Source of the DNA: a bacterium
GTDB lineage: Bacteria > Bacteroidota > Ignavibacteria > UBA10030
Reading direction: 5' to 3'
Length of the DNA: 64,000 nucleotides
Assembly (NCBI GenBank): GCA_043803945.1
Contig: JAZDJN010000012.1
Coordinates: 32,001 to 96,000 of the forward strand
A program made the translations under genes and the position numbers. Below the pieces are notes generated by a model. That model was given only the letters and a program-made list of their open reading frames with translations. It did no database searches and was not told the DNA's origin. Positions 47,726-57,271 of this stretch are shown here, in pieces; the stretch's first letter is position 1; each line of letters begins with the position of its first letter.

Positions 47726-48976
47726 ATGGTAAATAATATTGCTGTTGGTCTCGATATAGGAACCACCAAAGTATGCGCCATCGTCGCATCACCCGATGAG
47801 ACCCATCCGGGCAAATTGAGTATTCTCGGTATCGGGAAGAGCGTTTCGGACGGACTCACCCGTGGTGTGGTCACCAACATCGATAAGACTGTCCGCTCAA
47901 TACAGATTGCAGTTGATGAAGCGCAGAAACAATCGGGTGTGAAAATTACCTCCGTCTCGGTTGGTATTGCCGGGGATCATATTCAGAGCTTTCAGAGCCG
48001 CGGCGTCGTCGCTATCAGCAGGCCGGAGAACGAGATTACCCAGGAAGACGTCGATCGGTTGATCGAGGACACGAAACGGGTTGCTCTTCCCTCCGATAGA
48101 AAAATTATTCATGTCATTCCACAACAATTCATCGTGGATGGACAGGAAGGAATTTACGATCCGGTGGGAATTTCCGGAGTGAGAATGGAGGCAGTTGTTC
48201 ACATCATTACGGGATTGGTGACAGCTGCACAGAATATTTACAAGTGTGTCCAACGGGCCGGCTTGCATGTGAACGACATGGTGCTCGAGCCGCTGGCTTC
48301 CAGTTATGCCGTATTGGATGATGAGGAGAAAGAAATCGGTGTCGCTCTGCTCGACATCGGCGGAGGAACAACGGATCTTGCGGTCTTCGAGGAACGCACC
48401 ATCCGGCACACAGCGGTCATCGGCATCGCCGGTAAAAAGGTGACGGATGATATCCGAAAAGGGCTCGGTATTCTGACGGATCAGGCAGAGCGGATTAAAC
48501 AGGAACATGGTTTTACTTACATGCCCGCCCTGATGCATAATGAACTGATTATTCTTCCCGGCATTGGCGGGCGTGCTCCTCTCGAAATCGACAAGCGGCT
48601 GCTCTGCCAGATTATTCAACCCCGCATGGAAGAAATTTTGGAAATCGCTTCCATGGAAATTAAGCGATCCGGGTACTCCAAACATCTTTCGGCAGGCGTT
48701 GTCCTGACCGGAGGCGGTTCGCTTATTAAAGGCACGGCCGATCTGGCAAAGGAGGTCCTGGGAATGCCGGTGAAAATTGGTATTCCATCGGGATTCGGTG
48801 CCGGGCTGATTCACGAAATCGAAAATCCCATCTATGCCACAGGGGTGGGTCTCGTGATGCACGAACTGCGGCACAAAGAGCGCTCTTCCATCACCTCTGC
48901 AATGCCGGAATCCAAAGGACGCGGTTCTGTGAAGAGCATCTTTAACAGAATGAGGACATGGTTTGACGAGTTGTAG
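47726..48976 (+). CDS. ftsA: Cell division protein FtsA
   Basis: GLDIGTTK, DIGGGTT, VLTGGG, and amphipathic C-terminus RMRTWFDEL. Confidence 0.98.
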   Translation: MVNNIAVGLDIGTTKVCAIVASPDETHPGKLSILGIGKSVSDGLTRGVVTNIDKTVRSIQIAVDEAQKQSGVKITSVSVGIAGDHIQSFQSRGVVAISRPENEITQEDVDRLIEDTKRVALPSDRKIIHVIPQQFIVDGQEGIYDPVGISGVRMEAVVHIITGLVTAAQNIYKCVQRAGLHVNDMVLEPLASSYAVLDDEEKEIGVALLDIGGGTTDLAVFEERTIRHTAVIGIAGKKVTDDIRKGLGILTDQAERIKQEHGFTYMPALMHNELIILPGIGGRAPLEIDKRLLCQIIQPRMEEILEIASMEIKRSGYSKHLSAGVVLTGGGSLIKGTADLAKEVLGMPVKIGIPSGFGAGLIHEIENPIYATGVGLVMHELRHKERSSITSAMPESKGRGSVKSIFNRMRTWFDEL

Positions 48977-49228
48977 AAGCAGGAAGTATAAAGTATGACG
49001 TAAAAAGTAGTAAGCAGGGAATAGAAAGAGTTGGAAGAGCATGCATGATTTTAGGAAACTGGAAGTGTATAAGCGAGCATTGAAATTTACTACGGTAATA
49101 CGGAAGCTTACACTTCGTTTTCCAAAAGATGAACTTTGAAATTATCTCTATGCTCATTGGATTACAAAAGAGTTTATTTAAGTAGACCTCAAATCTATAT
49201 TATACTTAATACTTGATACCTAAAAATT
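48976..49228. repeat. Inverted heptamer repeat tracts flanking a four-helix-bundle remnant
   Basis: Left: gaagcag gaagtat aaagtat gacgtaa aaagtag taagcag. Right: tatactt aatactt gatacct. Confidence 0.65.
49041..49185 (+). pseudogene. Internally deleted four-helix-bundle (23S rRNA IVP / S23-like) gene
   Basis: MHDFRKLEVYKRALKFTTVIRKLTLRFPKDEL* is joined out of frame to EIISMLIGLQKSLFK*. These are the two ends of the family. Confidence 0.8.
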
Positions 49229-49285
49229 ATTTCATACAAAATTAATTCTCACAACAACAACTCACTAACTAAAGGAGCCTGCACC

Positions 49286-50458
49286 GTGATAGAACTTGAC
49301 ACGATGGGGGATCGCGGAGCAAAAATTAAAGTCGTCGGCGTTGGCGGCGGTGGCGGTAATGCCGTGAACAGCATGATCGACAAAGGACTCGTTGGCGTTG
49401 ATTTTATCGCCATTAACACAGATCTCCAGGCGCTGGAGAGAAATAAATCGCAGCATAAAATTCAAATCGGCAAGAGCCTCACGCGAGGTCTTGGCGCCGG
49501 AGCCGACCCATCGGTTGGCGTCCGTGCAGTCGAGGAAAACCGGGAGGACATTGCGCGCTCCATTGCGGGAAGCGATATGGTATTCATCACTGCCGGCATG
49601 GGCGGAGGTACAGGAACGGGCGGCGGGCCGATTGTAGCCAGTATCGCTAAAAGCGTCGGTGCGCTGGTCGTCGGTATTATTACCCGACCTTTCAACAGCG
49701 AAGGGAAGAAGCGATTGGCGCAGGCAGACGGAGGCATTGAGGAGATGAAAAAGCAGGTTGATACCCTGATCGTCATCCCGAACCAGAAGCTGTTGGAAAT
49801 AATCGACCGCAGTACACCGCTGATGGATGCCTTTGATATCGCCAACCAGGTGCTCTATAATGCGACACGGGGCATCTCGGAGCTGATCACGGTGCCTGGC
49901 TTCATCAATGTTGATTTTGCCGATGTCCGAACCATCATGCGCGAAATGGGCGATGCCTTGATGGGTTCCGGTGTTGCCAAAGGCGAAAACCGAGCCGTAG
50001 AAGCCGCAAACATGGCGATCTCGAGTCCGTTGCTCGATGGAATCTCGATTACCGGAGCACAGGGTATTCTCGTCAACGTCACCGGTGGAAAGAACATGAC
50101 GTTGATGGAAGTCGATGAAGCCACAAGTATCATCCATGAGGCGGCTGGCGACGATGCCAATGTTATTCTCGGCACTGTCGTCGACGAGAGTTTCACCGAT
50201 GAATTGATGGTCACAGTGATTGCAACCGGCTTTAACAAGAAAGCAGCCGCGGTGAAACAGCCGCTAAAACCGGCAGCAAAACTGATCGATCGTATTCCAA
50301 CGGGACCGGCAGATCTGCAGAAGTTTGACGAGCCGACATTTTTGCGTCGCGGCATCAGCATCTCACCGACGATGCAGCGGGATATGGCACATGCGGATGA
50401 CAAGAGTGATAAAGTTGATCCGGATAAGCCAGCCTTCCTGCGGAAAATTATGGATTAA
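49286..50458 (+). CDS. ftsZ: Cell division protein FtsZ
   Basis: [27 protein letters not shown]-terminal PAFLRK. Confidence 0.99.
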   Translation: MIELDTMGDRGAKIKVVGVGGGGGNAVNSMIDKGLVGVDFIAINTDLQALERNKSQHKIQIGKSLTRGLGAGADPSVGVRAVEENREDIARSIAGSDMVFITAGMGGGTGTGGGPIVASIAKSVGALVVGIITRPFNSEGKKRLAQADGGIEEMKKQVDTLIVIPNQKLLEIIDRSTPLMDAFDIANQVLYNATRGISELITVPGFINVDFADVRTIMREMGDALMGSGVAKGENRAVEAANMAISSPLLDGISITGAQGILVNVTGGKNMTLMEVDEATSIIHEAAGDDANVILGTVVDESFTDELMVTVIATGFNKKAAAVKQPLKPAAKLIDRIPTGPADLQKFDEPTFLRRGISISPTMQRDMAHADDKSDKVDPDKPAFLRKIMD

Positions 50459-50460
50459 GA

Positions 50461-50746
50461 CTGCTTCTGAGGGCAGGGCCACCAGTCTACCCCGATGAAC
50501 GCAAGGTCATCCGTGCGAGTTTTGCATTAAATAAATTATACTCCGGTAGAACTTCGTTTCTATCGGGCCATTATCATTATTGACTACCTTGGCCGGTACA
50601 CACTGAGGAGGTGCAGTATATCCAGGTAGTATTTCGAAAGTAGAATTCCGGATTTCCCCACACACCCACACAAGAAAGCCGGAGTTCTCGCCTGCCTTAA
50701 CAGGCACACCGACGAGGCGACGATGCAAATCGTCGCCTCCCTTTTT
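50461..50746 (+). ncRNA. Candidate structured RNA or long 3' UTR after ftsZ (family unassigned)
   Basis: Consecutive hairpins with GCAA and CUUCGU loops, a 14-bp stem with a 17-nt CA loop, then a terminator. Confidence 0.4.
50714..50746 (+). terminator. Intrinsic terminator closing the dcw transcript
   Basis: gaggcgacgat-gcaa-atcgtcgcctc followed by ccttttt. Confidence 0.85.
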
Positions 50747-50857
50747 ATATACTCACCGAAAAACATGCCAAGAACGGAATAGTTATTCACTGACGTTACG
50801 CAGGAAGAAGAATCTGTATGATTGGAGCGATTAATCTTGTTTTTGACCTCTCCTTTT

Positions 50858-50880
50858 TCCCCTCCTTGACAAGGAGGGGA
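50858..50880. repeat. REP-like palindrome
   Basis: tcccctcctt-gac-aaggagggga. Confidence 0.6.
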
Positions 50881-51099
50881 TATGGGGTGGTTTGGGGTTT
50901 ACTAATAAGAACACAGATTGATTGATGATTTTTCTTTTTTGCGTAACGTGAGTTATTCACTTATTAATATCGCAGAGCGAAGTGTTACCATGCTTTGCAC
51001 AAGAAAAGCCAATGGAACAGAGGTGAGGGAATAGTAGGACATACTATTGAAATACATCTGATAAAAACTTTTTTGACAGCCCCACATGTGAGATTTGAT

Positions 51100-52914
51100 T
51101 TATTTATCGCGGCCCGCTAATTTTTGTTTTTCTCGAATGTCAAATGCCAATCGAACGGCAGGGAGAATAGCCGTTGCAAGAACCATGGTAAGCACCAACG
51201 ATGCTGCATCGGTTACGATATCATTAACTTGAAATAACCACGCATTAAAATAGAGAGCGCTAATGGTGATTATCATCAACATCAACAATGAAAATCTTAC
51301 AGGAAAGGCTTTTGTGAGAAACATACTTGTCAGAAGAAAGATAATCGATAATGGTAGATGTAACCAAGGGGCTTCTACAAGAAATCTCTTTCCAAGAATA
51401 TTAGCAAGAGCGTCTGCGTGAATACTCATGCTTGAACTACTCTCGCCATATGTCCAAGATTCAGGATTACTCCATACAATAAACACGACCTTTCCTTTAA
51501 AATCGTTTAGATATCTATCGCCAAGCTGGCTTAGTTTCCGGCTGAACATGTCGATTGTTATCGTACTGTAAATTGAATATCCAATCAATTGGTGTCGATG
51601 GGGAAATCGAACATCTCCATCATCGGTGCTAAAAGCATGGATTTCGGAATCTTGCCAGTTTGCTCCTTGCTTAATGAGAAAACCAGCGTGTCGGCTTAGG
51701 GGTATTAAGTCATTACCGTATTGAATGCCATCCATCGTTTGCACGGTCTGTAAATCTGCAGGATATCCCCGGAATTTTTCAATGAGGTGCAATATTGCAT
51801 AATCAGAATGAGGGTTGTCTGTTTCAAAGAACATATGAGTGAATCCCGATCCTCTTATTGCCGGCGAAAATGTTCGGGAAAAAAGCGCGCTCTTGAAAAA
51901 CAGAGAATCAGGTTCTACGTATTGATTCCGACGAGAATATGGAAGCGATGATACTCCTAAAACGGCAATATCCTGGTCCTCAAATTTTCTTCCATAGTCA
52001 ATCATTACCTTGCTATTTGCATATAAAGCATATCGATAATCCACAAACACGGCTTTTGTTCCAACCTCTTTTAGGTTTTTCACGATGGCAAGGCAGCAGG
52101 AGAGATAATTCTGTACATCGCCATCCTTTGTCTCAAGCCGCAGAACTGTAACCACGGGCGCATCGGCCGCTTTGTTTCTTTTCCCTCCAATATTCATTTG
52201 AACGATAACATTATCCAATTCTCGAAAGACTCCTAACGTGTTCAAGAACTCGACAAAAATGAGAATGCCGAGAGAGCAAAGAAATAATCGTACAGTGAGA
52301 CTTCCTACTCTTTTGACAAGTCGTTCTCCTATCCACTCTCTCCATTCCTTCAAGCCCCAAAGAAACAACACTTGAATAAACATCGGATATCGAATCCGGG
52401 AAAAGAAGCGGAGAAGAATCCCACGGATTAAGAATAACCATAATAGTACGGCAATAACACCATACATCGCTGGCTCAAACAATATTGGAATAGGGATATT
52501 AATCCAATAGTGAATTGTAAAGACCCTTATGATATGATGTCGTAAAAATTTTATTGCGAAAATGAAACAACAAACGGCAATACAAACATGTCCCGCCACC
52601 TCCCTCCATGAGAGTTGTGTATCATCCTTCCGGTGTAAAAACTGAATGATGCGTTTAGAAGAAGCGGTGAAACCAACAGTTTTCCTGATCAAATTGAGTA
52701 GAAATTGTACTAAGTGCAGGAAGCCCATGAACATGAGCACTCCAGCCACGACATTTTGAGCTGCGTTGGTCTTCAGGAAGCTTACCGATCTCATCTGATA
52801 AATATATCGTGAGACATGGTCTGTTGTTAATTCAATCGCTACTTCTGTGAAAAATATTGCCAGCAACAGCAGCCAAAGCATTGGTAGGAGTTTTAATTCT
52901 TTTTGCTTCTTCAT
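51100..52914 (-). CDS. Multi-TM protein with CHASE2-like domain and no output domain (module 1)
   Basis: LKEVGTKAVFVD, FKGKVVFI and IHADALANIL, then 3 TM and the stop. Start MKKQK inferred. Confidence 0.75.
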   Translation of the reverse strand: MKKQKELKLLPMLWLLLLAIFFTEVAIELTTDHVSRYIYQMRSVSFLKTNAAQNVVAGVLMFMGFLHLVQFLLNLIRKTVGFTASSKRIIQFLHRKDDTQLSWREVAGHVCIAVCCFIFAIKFLRHHIIRVFTIHYWINIPIPILFEPAMYGVIAVLLWLFLIRGILLRFFSRIRYPMFIQVLFLWGLKEWREWIGERLVKRVGSLTVRLFLCSLGILIFVEFLNTLGVFRELDNVIVQMNIGGKRNKAADAPVVTVLRLETKDGDVQNYLSCCLAIVKNLKEVGTKAVFVDYRYALYANSKVMIDYGRKFEDQDIAVLGVSSLPYSRRNQYVEPDSLFFKSALFSRTFSPAIRGSGFTHMFFETDNPHSDYAILHLIEKFRGYPADLQTVQTMDGIQYGNDLIPLSRHAGFLIKQGANWQDSEIHAFSTDDGDVRFPHRHQLIGYSIYSTITIDMFSRKLSQLGDRYLNDFKGKVVFIVWSNPESWTYGESSSSMSIHADALANILGKRFLVEAPWLHLPLSIIFLLTSMFLTKAFPVRFSLLMLMIITISALYFNAWLFQVNDIVTDAASLVLTMVLATAILPAVRLAFDIREKQKLAGRDK

Positions 52915-53009
52915 CTGAATCTCTTTCCTGACAATCATAGTATTTCTGCAGTGCAAACGTCGGCGTTGAAGGAAGTATAATTCTCTTCGTACGTTTATAG
53001 CCTCTCCAT

Positions 53010-53369
53010 TTACCCACTTCCAAACGAAACCACCGCAGCGACGAAGATAAACCCGAAACACAACATCGACAGAAACAGGAGCAACGATGGTAAAGGAATA
53101 GATACCTCACGTTGGACGAGACGAGCAGATAGAAACCGATCAGAGATTGTCATGTTGCGTACTTTGGGGTTCGGTGGAACAGCTTCGCGCCTCGGCATCG
53201 GAATTGGGAGTTTCTCAAACATGGGTTGAGTATGCCAAAGCATATAAAAAAACTCTCTGCATTCTTTGCATACCCCTAAATGTGAAAAGACCTCGGTCGA
53301 TGCCTGTCGATCCAATTCATGATCGATAAATTTACTGACGAGGAATTGTATATCATCGCATCCCATCAT
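53010..53369 (-). CDS. ZAS (zf-HC2) single-TM anti-sigma factor (module 1)
   Basis: S.FID.EL...HLGVCKEC motif and a C-terminal TM. Overlaps the sigma stop codon. Confidence 0.88.
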   Translation of the reverse strand: MMGCDDIQFLVSKFIDHELDRQASTEVFSHLGVCKECREFFYMLWHTQPMFEKLPIPMPRREAVPPNPKVRNMTISDRFLSARLVQREVSIPLPSLLLFLSMLCFGFIFVAAVVSFGSG

Positions 53370-53926
53370 TATCTCCTTTCACGATAATACGGCATAAGCT
53401 TCTTAGCGAGAGACTTCCGCGCCTTGAACAATCTTGATTCTACTGCGCTGATTGTGTCGCCGGTAATTGCTGCAATCTGTGAATACGACAGTTTTTCTAT
53501 CTGTCGAAGAACAAGAACCTCCCGGTATTCCACCTTAAGCTCTTCCAGGCAGAGATGCAGGATCTCTGACATTTCTTTCTTTACCATCACTTCATACGGT
53601 GTCTCAGTGTCAACGAGATGCTCTTCTTCCTCCGTTAACGAAGCTTTTCCATTGTGACGATGAGATTTCAGATGGGTATAGATGCTGTTTCGGGCGATTG
53701 AGAAGAGCCAATAATAAAACAACTCGGGTTTATCAAGCGAGCCCAGGTTGTGATATACTTTGAGGAATGTCGATTGCACCATATCCTCTGCTTCGTCTTG
53801 ATCCTGGAGCAGACGATAGCAATACCCATACAATTGCTGACGATATTTGGTATAGAGCTGCGTGAATGACTCTTTATTCCCTGCACAAAATCTAGACACT
53901 AACTCTTCATCGTTATAGAGCTGCAT
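53369..53926 (-). CDS. ECF sigma factor (module 1)
   Basis: AEDMVQSTFLKV, WLFSIARN, LSYSQIA...VESRLFKARK. Confidence 0.95.
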   Translation of the reverse strand: MQLYNDEELVSRFCAGNKESFTQLYTKYRQQLYGYCYRLLQDQDEAEDMVQSTFLKVYHNLGSLDKPELFYYWLFSIARNSIYTHLKSHRHNGKASLTEEEEHLVDTETPYEVMVKKEMSEILHLCLEELKVEYREVLVLRQIEKLSYSQIAAITGDTISAVESRLFKARKSLAKKLMPYYRERR

Positions 53927-53978
53927 CTCATTCCACCATCAGGGTGAGAGAATGTTCTGAATTGGTGTTCAAATATAA

Positions 53979-54001
53979 GACTTAAGAAATGAGAAAAACT
54001 T
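53979..54001 (-). promoter_or_regulatory. Predicted ECF autoregulatory promoter 1
   Basis: AAG-N16-AGTC. Confidence 0.55.
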
Positions 54002-54086
54002 GCTGGATGTTTTTAGGAAAAATAATTATTCGCCGAAATGCTTTCGGTTACTCTCTTTTTTAGCCCCAAATATCGTTCACCATACA

Positions 54087-54115
54087 TTGAATTTAACTCT
54101 GATACACTGTATCTT
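54087..54115 (+). promoter_or_regulatory. Predicted sigma70 promoter of the L,D-transpeptidase
   Basis: TTGAAT-17-TATCTT. Confidence 0.45.
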
Positions 54116-54158
54116 CTCTCCCGCATGGAAATTCAGCCGAACAGAATAAAATTCACGG

Positions 54159-55850
54159 ATGAATAATAAAATCAGATGTCATCTGCCTTGGGTACACTGC
54201 TGCCTTCTGCTGCTCAGTATTGTTTTCCTTCTGAGTAGTTTCACCTCCACTCACCCACGGCGATCTGACATCGCCCAAATCATCCAGGAGCTCCTCAACA
54301 ATCCGGAACAGTTCCGAACGGGAACACATCCCATAACGGTATCGGATGTTACCTTTCAATTCTACCGTCAACGTAACTTTGAACCAGCCTGGTGTAATGA
54401 GGATACTGGATCTTCGCTTGTGGACTCGCTCCTGGTTTATCTCAATGGAGCAGCAAACGATGGTTTGAACCCTGCAGACTATCATCCCTCGTTTCTCGAT
54501 TCTTTAAAGAATACTATTCCCTGCAGAGATAGTATAGACACTCGAAATCTTCATCTTGCCGCACTTGATCTTTTTCTCACCGATGCATTTTTTCGGTATG
54601 CAGTACATCTCGCTTATGGCAAACTTAAGCCCGTATCGTTAGGATTAGTTGTTGAGCTTCCAAAAATAGAATTCGATTTTCCAGGATTGCTCGAATCAGC
54701 ATTAGGCTCCTCCTCTCTACACTCCACCCTGGGTGAACTTTCTCCAAAGCACCAGTGGTTTACTGATCTCAACTCTGCCCTACAGCGAGTGAGGAGAATG
54801 GAGAAGCTGACCGCATCATTGAAGTTCCCACGGACAGAGAGATCAAAAGATTTCCAGGCGTATCTTCAAAAACGCCTCACCATTGAAGGCGATTTAGAGG
54901 AAACCGACACAAACCGGTCTCCCCGCCCTCAGGCAGTACTGACGGCTGCCCTTCGAAGCTTTCAGTTACGCCATGGCCTTGAGCCAACCGGAAAGACCGA
55001 CAGCACCACCATCGCAGCACTCCGTATTCCCTATTCAACGAGGATCAAGCAAATTCGTGCGACGATGGAGCGATGGCGTTGGTTTCCTGCTGAATTAGGC
55101 GATCGATGTCTTCTGGTGAATATTCCCGATTTTTCCGTCTCTCTGATTGAGGACCAACAGGTTGTGGCAACACGCAGAGTCGCACTCGGTACTCCCGAGT
55201 GGCCGACACCGTTGATCAGCACAACCCTGACACACGTGGCTATCAATGCCTACTGGTATTGCCCATCATCAATTTTTAATAGACAACTCTTTGACTATGT
55301 TCGCGGCGACTCAAATTATCTGCCTCGCAACAAGATGGTGCTTTTGAGGCAACGCAACGGAACGGTAGAAGTCGTCGATCGGAAATCCATTGACTGGAAA
55401 TCTATTCGGAAGGAAGAGCTTGATGTTGTTCTTCGGCAGGATCCGGGGCCTGAAAATATCATGGGCCAATTACAAATCCGGCTTAACTCAAAGCTTGATA
55501 TCTATCTGCATGACACTCCGTACCAGGATGATTTTTCAAAGCGCTTGCGTCTATTCAGTCATGGCTGCATCAGGGTTGAACGGCCTGCCGAGCTGGCAGA
55601 ATTTGTTTTACAGGATCCGGAACGATGGAACAGGGAAACCATTGAGCATCTCATGAAAAACTTGAAGAGCCGGACAATACAAATTGAGGGAGATTTTCCT
55701 GTTCATATCGTCTATGCAACTGTTTGGGTGGATGCGGCCGGAAAACTTCAATTTCGCGATGATGTCTACGGGTGGGATCGACGGATGGATCGTGCAGGAG
55801 CGCCCCGGACACAAGTCTCAAAGCACTTTTCACGGTTACAATCGCAATAG
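54159..55850 (+). CDS. L,D-transpeptidase, YcbB/LdtD-like (scaffold, PG-binding and YkuD domains)
   Basis: DGLNPADY, FQLRHGL..TG, VNIPDF, IYLHDTP, FSHGCIRVE, FRDDVYG.D. Confidence 0.93.
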   Translation: MNNKIRCHLPWVHCCLLLLSIVFLLSSFTSTHPRRSDIAQIIQELLNNPEQFRTGTHPITVSDVTFQFYRQRNFEPAWCNEDTGSSLVDSLLVYLNGAANDGLNPADYHPSFLDSLKNTIPCRDSIDTRNLHLAALDLFLTDAFFRYAVHLAYGKLKPVSLGLVVELPKIEFDFPGLLESALGSSSLHSTLGELSPKHQWFTDLNSALQRVRRMEKLTASLKFPRTERSKDFQAYLQKRLTIEGDLEETDTNRSPRPQAVLTAALRSFQLRHGLEPTGKTDSTTIAALRIPYSTRIKQIRATMERWRWFPAELGDRCLLVNIPDFSVSLIEDQQVVATRRVALGTPEWPTPLISTTLTHVAINAYWYCPSSIFNRQLFDYVRGDSNYLPRNKMVLLRQRNGTVEVVDRKSIDWKSIRKEELDVVLRQDPGPENIMGQLQIRLNSKLDIYLHDTPYQDDFSKRLRLFSHGCIRVERPAELAEFVLQDPERWNRETIEHLMKNLKSRTIQIEGDFPVHIVYATVWVDAAGKLQFRDDVYGWDRRMDRAGAPRTQVSKHFSRLQSQ

Positions 55851-55873
55851 CAGTTAACCGTTCGCTATTACAA

Positions 55874-55923
55874 AGAAGTCTGTCTTTTTACAGAGATTAA
55901 TCAGCGGCAAAAGACGGACTTCT
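55874..55923. terminator. Inverted repeat between convergent genes
   Basis: agaagtctgtctttt-N20-aaaagacggacttct. Confidence 0.55.
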
Positions 55924-55968
55924 ACACACCCTGGTAGCAAACGGTTAGGTACGACGGCAGTTCAAATA

Positions 55969-56706
55969 CTATTTTTTCTTCTTCTTATCTGCATCGAGTT
56001 TAAATTTGAACGGCACCGTGACCCACGACGCTAACGGTTTATTATCCTTCATGGCAGGCTTGAATTTCCACTTTGCGACAGCGGCTACCGCTGCTTCTCC
56101 GAAATCCCCACGATCTGTCTTGACCAATCTTACCTGAACGGCATCGCCCGATTCATCAACAAGCACCTGCACAACGGCCTCACCCTCAGCCCCCTCTTTC
56201 TTTGCCTGTTCAGGATACACTGCAGGGACACTGTACAGAATCTCAACTTGTTTGTCTACGTTAATTGTTTTTACAGGTTTTACGTTAGAGCTTATTCCTT
56301 TGGCAGACGGTGCTTGAAACTTTGCATCATCTTTAGCCAATCGAAATTTAAATGGGATGGTAACCCACACGGCAACAGGTTTGCCTGCGATTTTAGCCGG
56401 GGAAAATTGATATTTTTTTGCAGCTTCCATAGCTGGTTTATCAAATATTTCGTCCTCACTCTTCACAATTGACACATCGGCGACATTGCCTTTTTCATCC
56501 ACCCACATTTTCAGATGCACGGTTCCCTCTTTCCCTGCCCTTACAGCAAGGTCAGGATAATACGGTCTTTCTTCATGAAGGATAGTGGGATTGGTGGTCA
56601 CTTCTACGTAAACAGGCGGGGGTGGGTTCTTCTTTCCCTGTGCCCACATCAGTACAGGAAACAAGAGAACTGCCACGATGACGAGAATGCAAGTATTCTT
56701 TCTCAT
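55969..56706 (-). CDS. Exported protein of two tandem TonB C-terminal domains (module 2)
   Basis: Signal peptide ...LMWA|Q, then two copies of YP..A...G.EG.V.....VDE.G...F.PA......PF.F.L. Confidence 0.9.
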   Translation of the reverse strand: MRKNTCILVIVAVLLFPVLMWAQGKKNPPPPVYVEVTTNPTILHEERPYYPDLAVRAGKEGTVHLKMWVDEKGNVADVSIVKSEDEIFDKPAMEAAKKYQFSPAKIAGKPVAVWVTIPFKFRLAKDDAKFQAPSAKGISSNVKPVKTINVDKQVEILYSVPAVYPEQAKKEGAEGEAVVQVLVDESGDAVQVRLVKTDRGDFGEAAVAAVAKWKFKPAMKDNKPLASWVTVPFKFKLDADKKKKK

Positions 56707-56726
56707 TGTATTTCTCCTTATTGAAT

Positions 56727-57155
56727 TCATTGCATGAGCGTGTTTGATGATCGCTCAATGATTACTTCCGGCATGACAAAGATTGCCTGGCTTCCATTAC
56801 TCATTTGAGTGTCTGAGGAAAACCACCAAGAACTTAAACCAACAGTCCCTGTTAGAACCATAAAGACAACGATAGCGGCGACCGGCAACGGAACTCGTTT
56901 CTGCCACAGAAGGGAAAAAACGTTTGCTCGTATTTTATGAAATGCCGGTGTTGAGAGAGGCTTGCGACTGTGTGACTCTGGCATCAGCCGTTGCGGTGCA
57001 GCATGGAGGTGCATCCTGAGCTGTATCGCCTGCCTCAGGAAGTCGCGACACTCCTCACATCCGGCGAGATGGGAAAAGAGATGCATCTCCTCGTTTCGGT
57101 CCAACTCTCCATCAAGATGCTGGCTGACGTTGATTCTATATTCATCGTGGTTCAT
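56727..57155 (-). CDS. ZAS single-TM anti-sigma factor (module 2)
   Basis: SQHLDGEL...HLAGCEEC motif, a TM, and a short tail containing MPEVIIE. Confidence 0.9.
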   Translation of the reverse strand: MNHDEYRINVSQHLDGELDRNEEMHLFSHLAGCEECRDFLRQAIQLRMHLHAAPQRLMPESHSRKPLSTPAFHKIRANVFSLLWQKRVPLPVAAIVVFMVLTGTVGLSSWWFSSDTQMSNGSQAIFVMPEVIIERSSNTLMQ

Positions 57156-57172
57156 GGGTAACTCCTCTTCAC

Positions 57173-57269
57173 GGCCTTCCGAAGGTTTGCAAGATATCTA
57201 CCTGTCCTTCGGAAGGCTCTATTCTTTTTAAAGGTTTCAGAGAGTAAGCTCGTAGACCTTCGGAAGGTC
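57173..57269. repeat. Three short REP-like palindromes
   Basis: ccttccgaagg (57175), ccttcggaagg (57206), gaccttcggaaggtc (57255). Confidence 0.7.
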
Positions 57270-57271
57270 GC

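Noticed and set aside
46005-50403. Long antisense ORFs (304, 381, 290 and 182 aa) over murB, ftsA and ftsZ
   Set aside because: Shadow frames of conserved genes with no recognisable motifs.
50657-50673. Resemblance of the CA loop to a telomerase-like RNA template
   Set aside because: No reverse transcriptase in the window, and low-complexity similarity is expected by chance.
52915-53061. N-terminal extension of the 653-aa ORF, or a frameshifted anti-sigma tail
   Set aside because: The ATG at 52914 has a purine-rich RBS, and no alternative frame gives a clear continuation of the anti-sigma.
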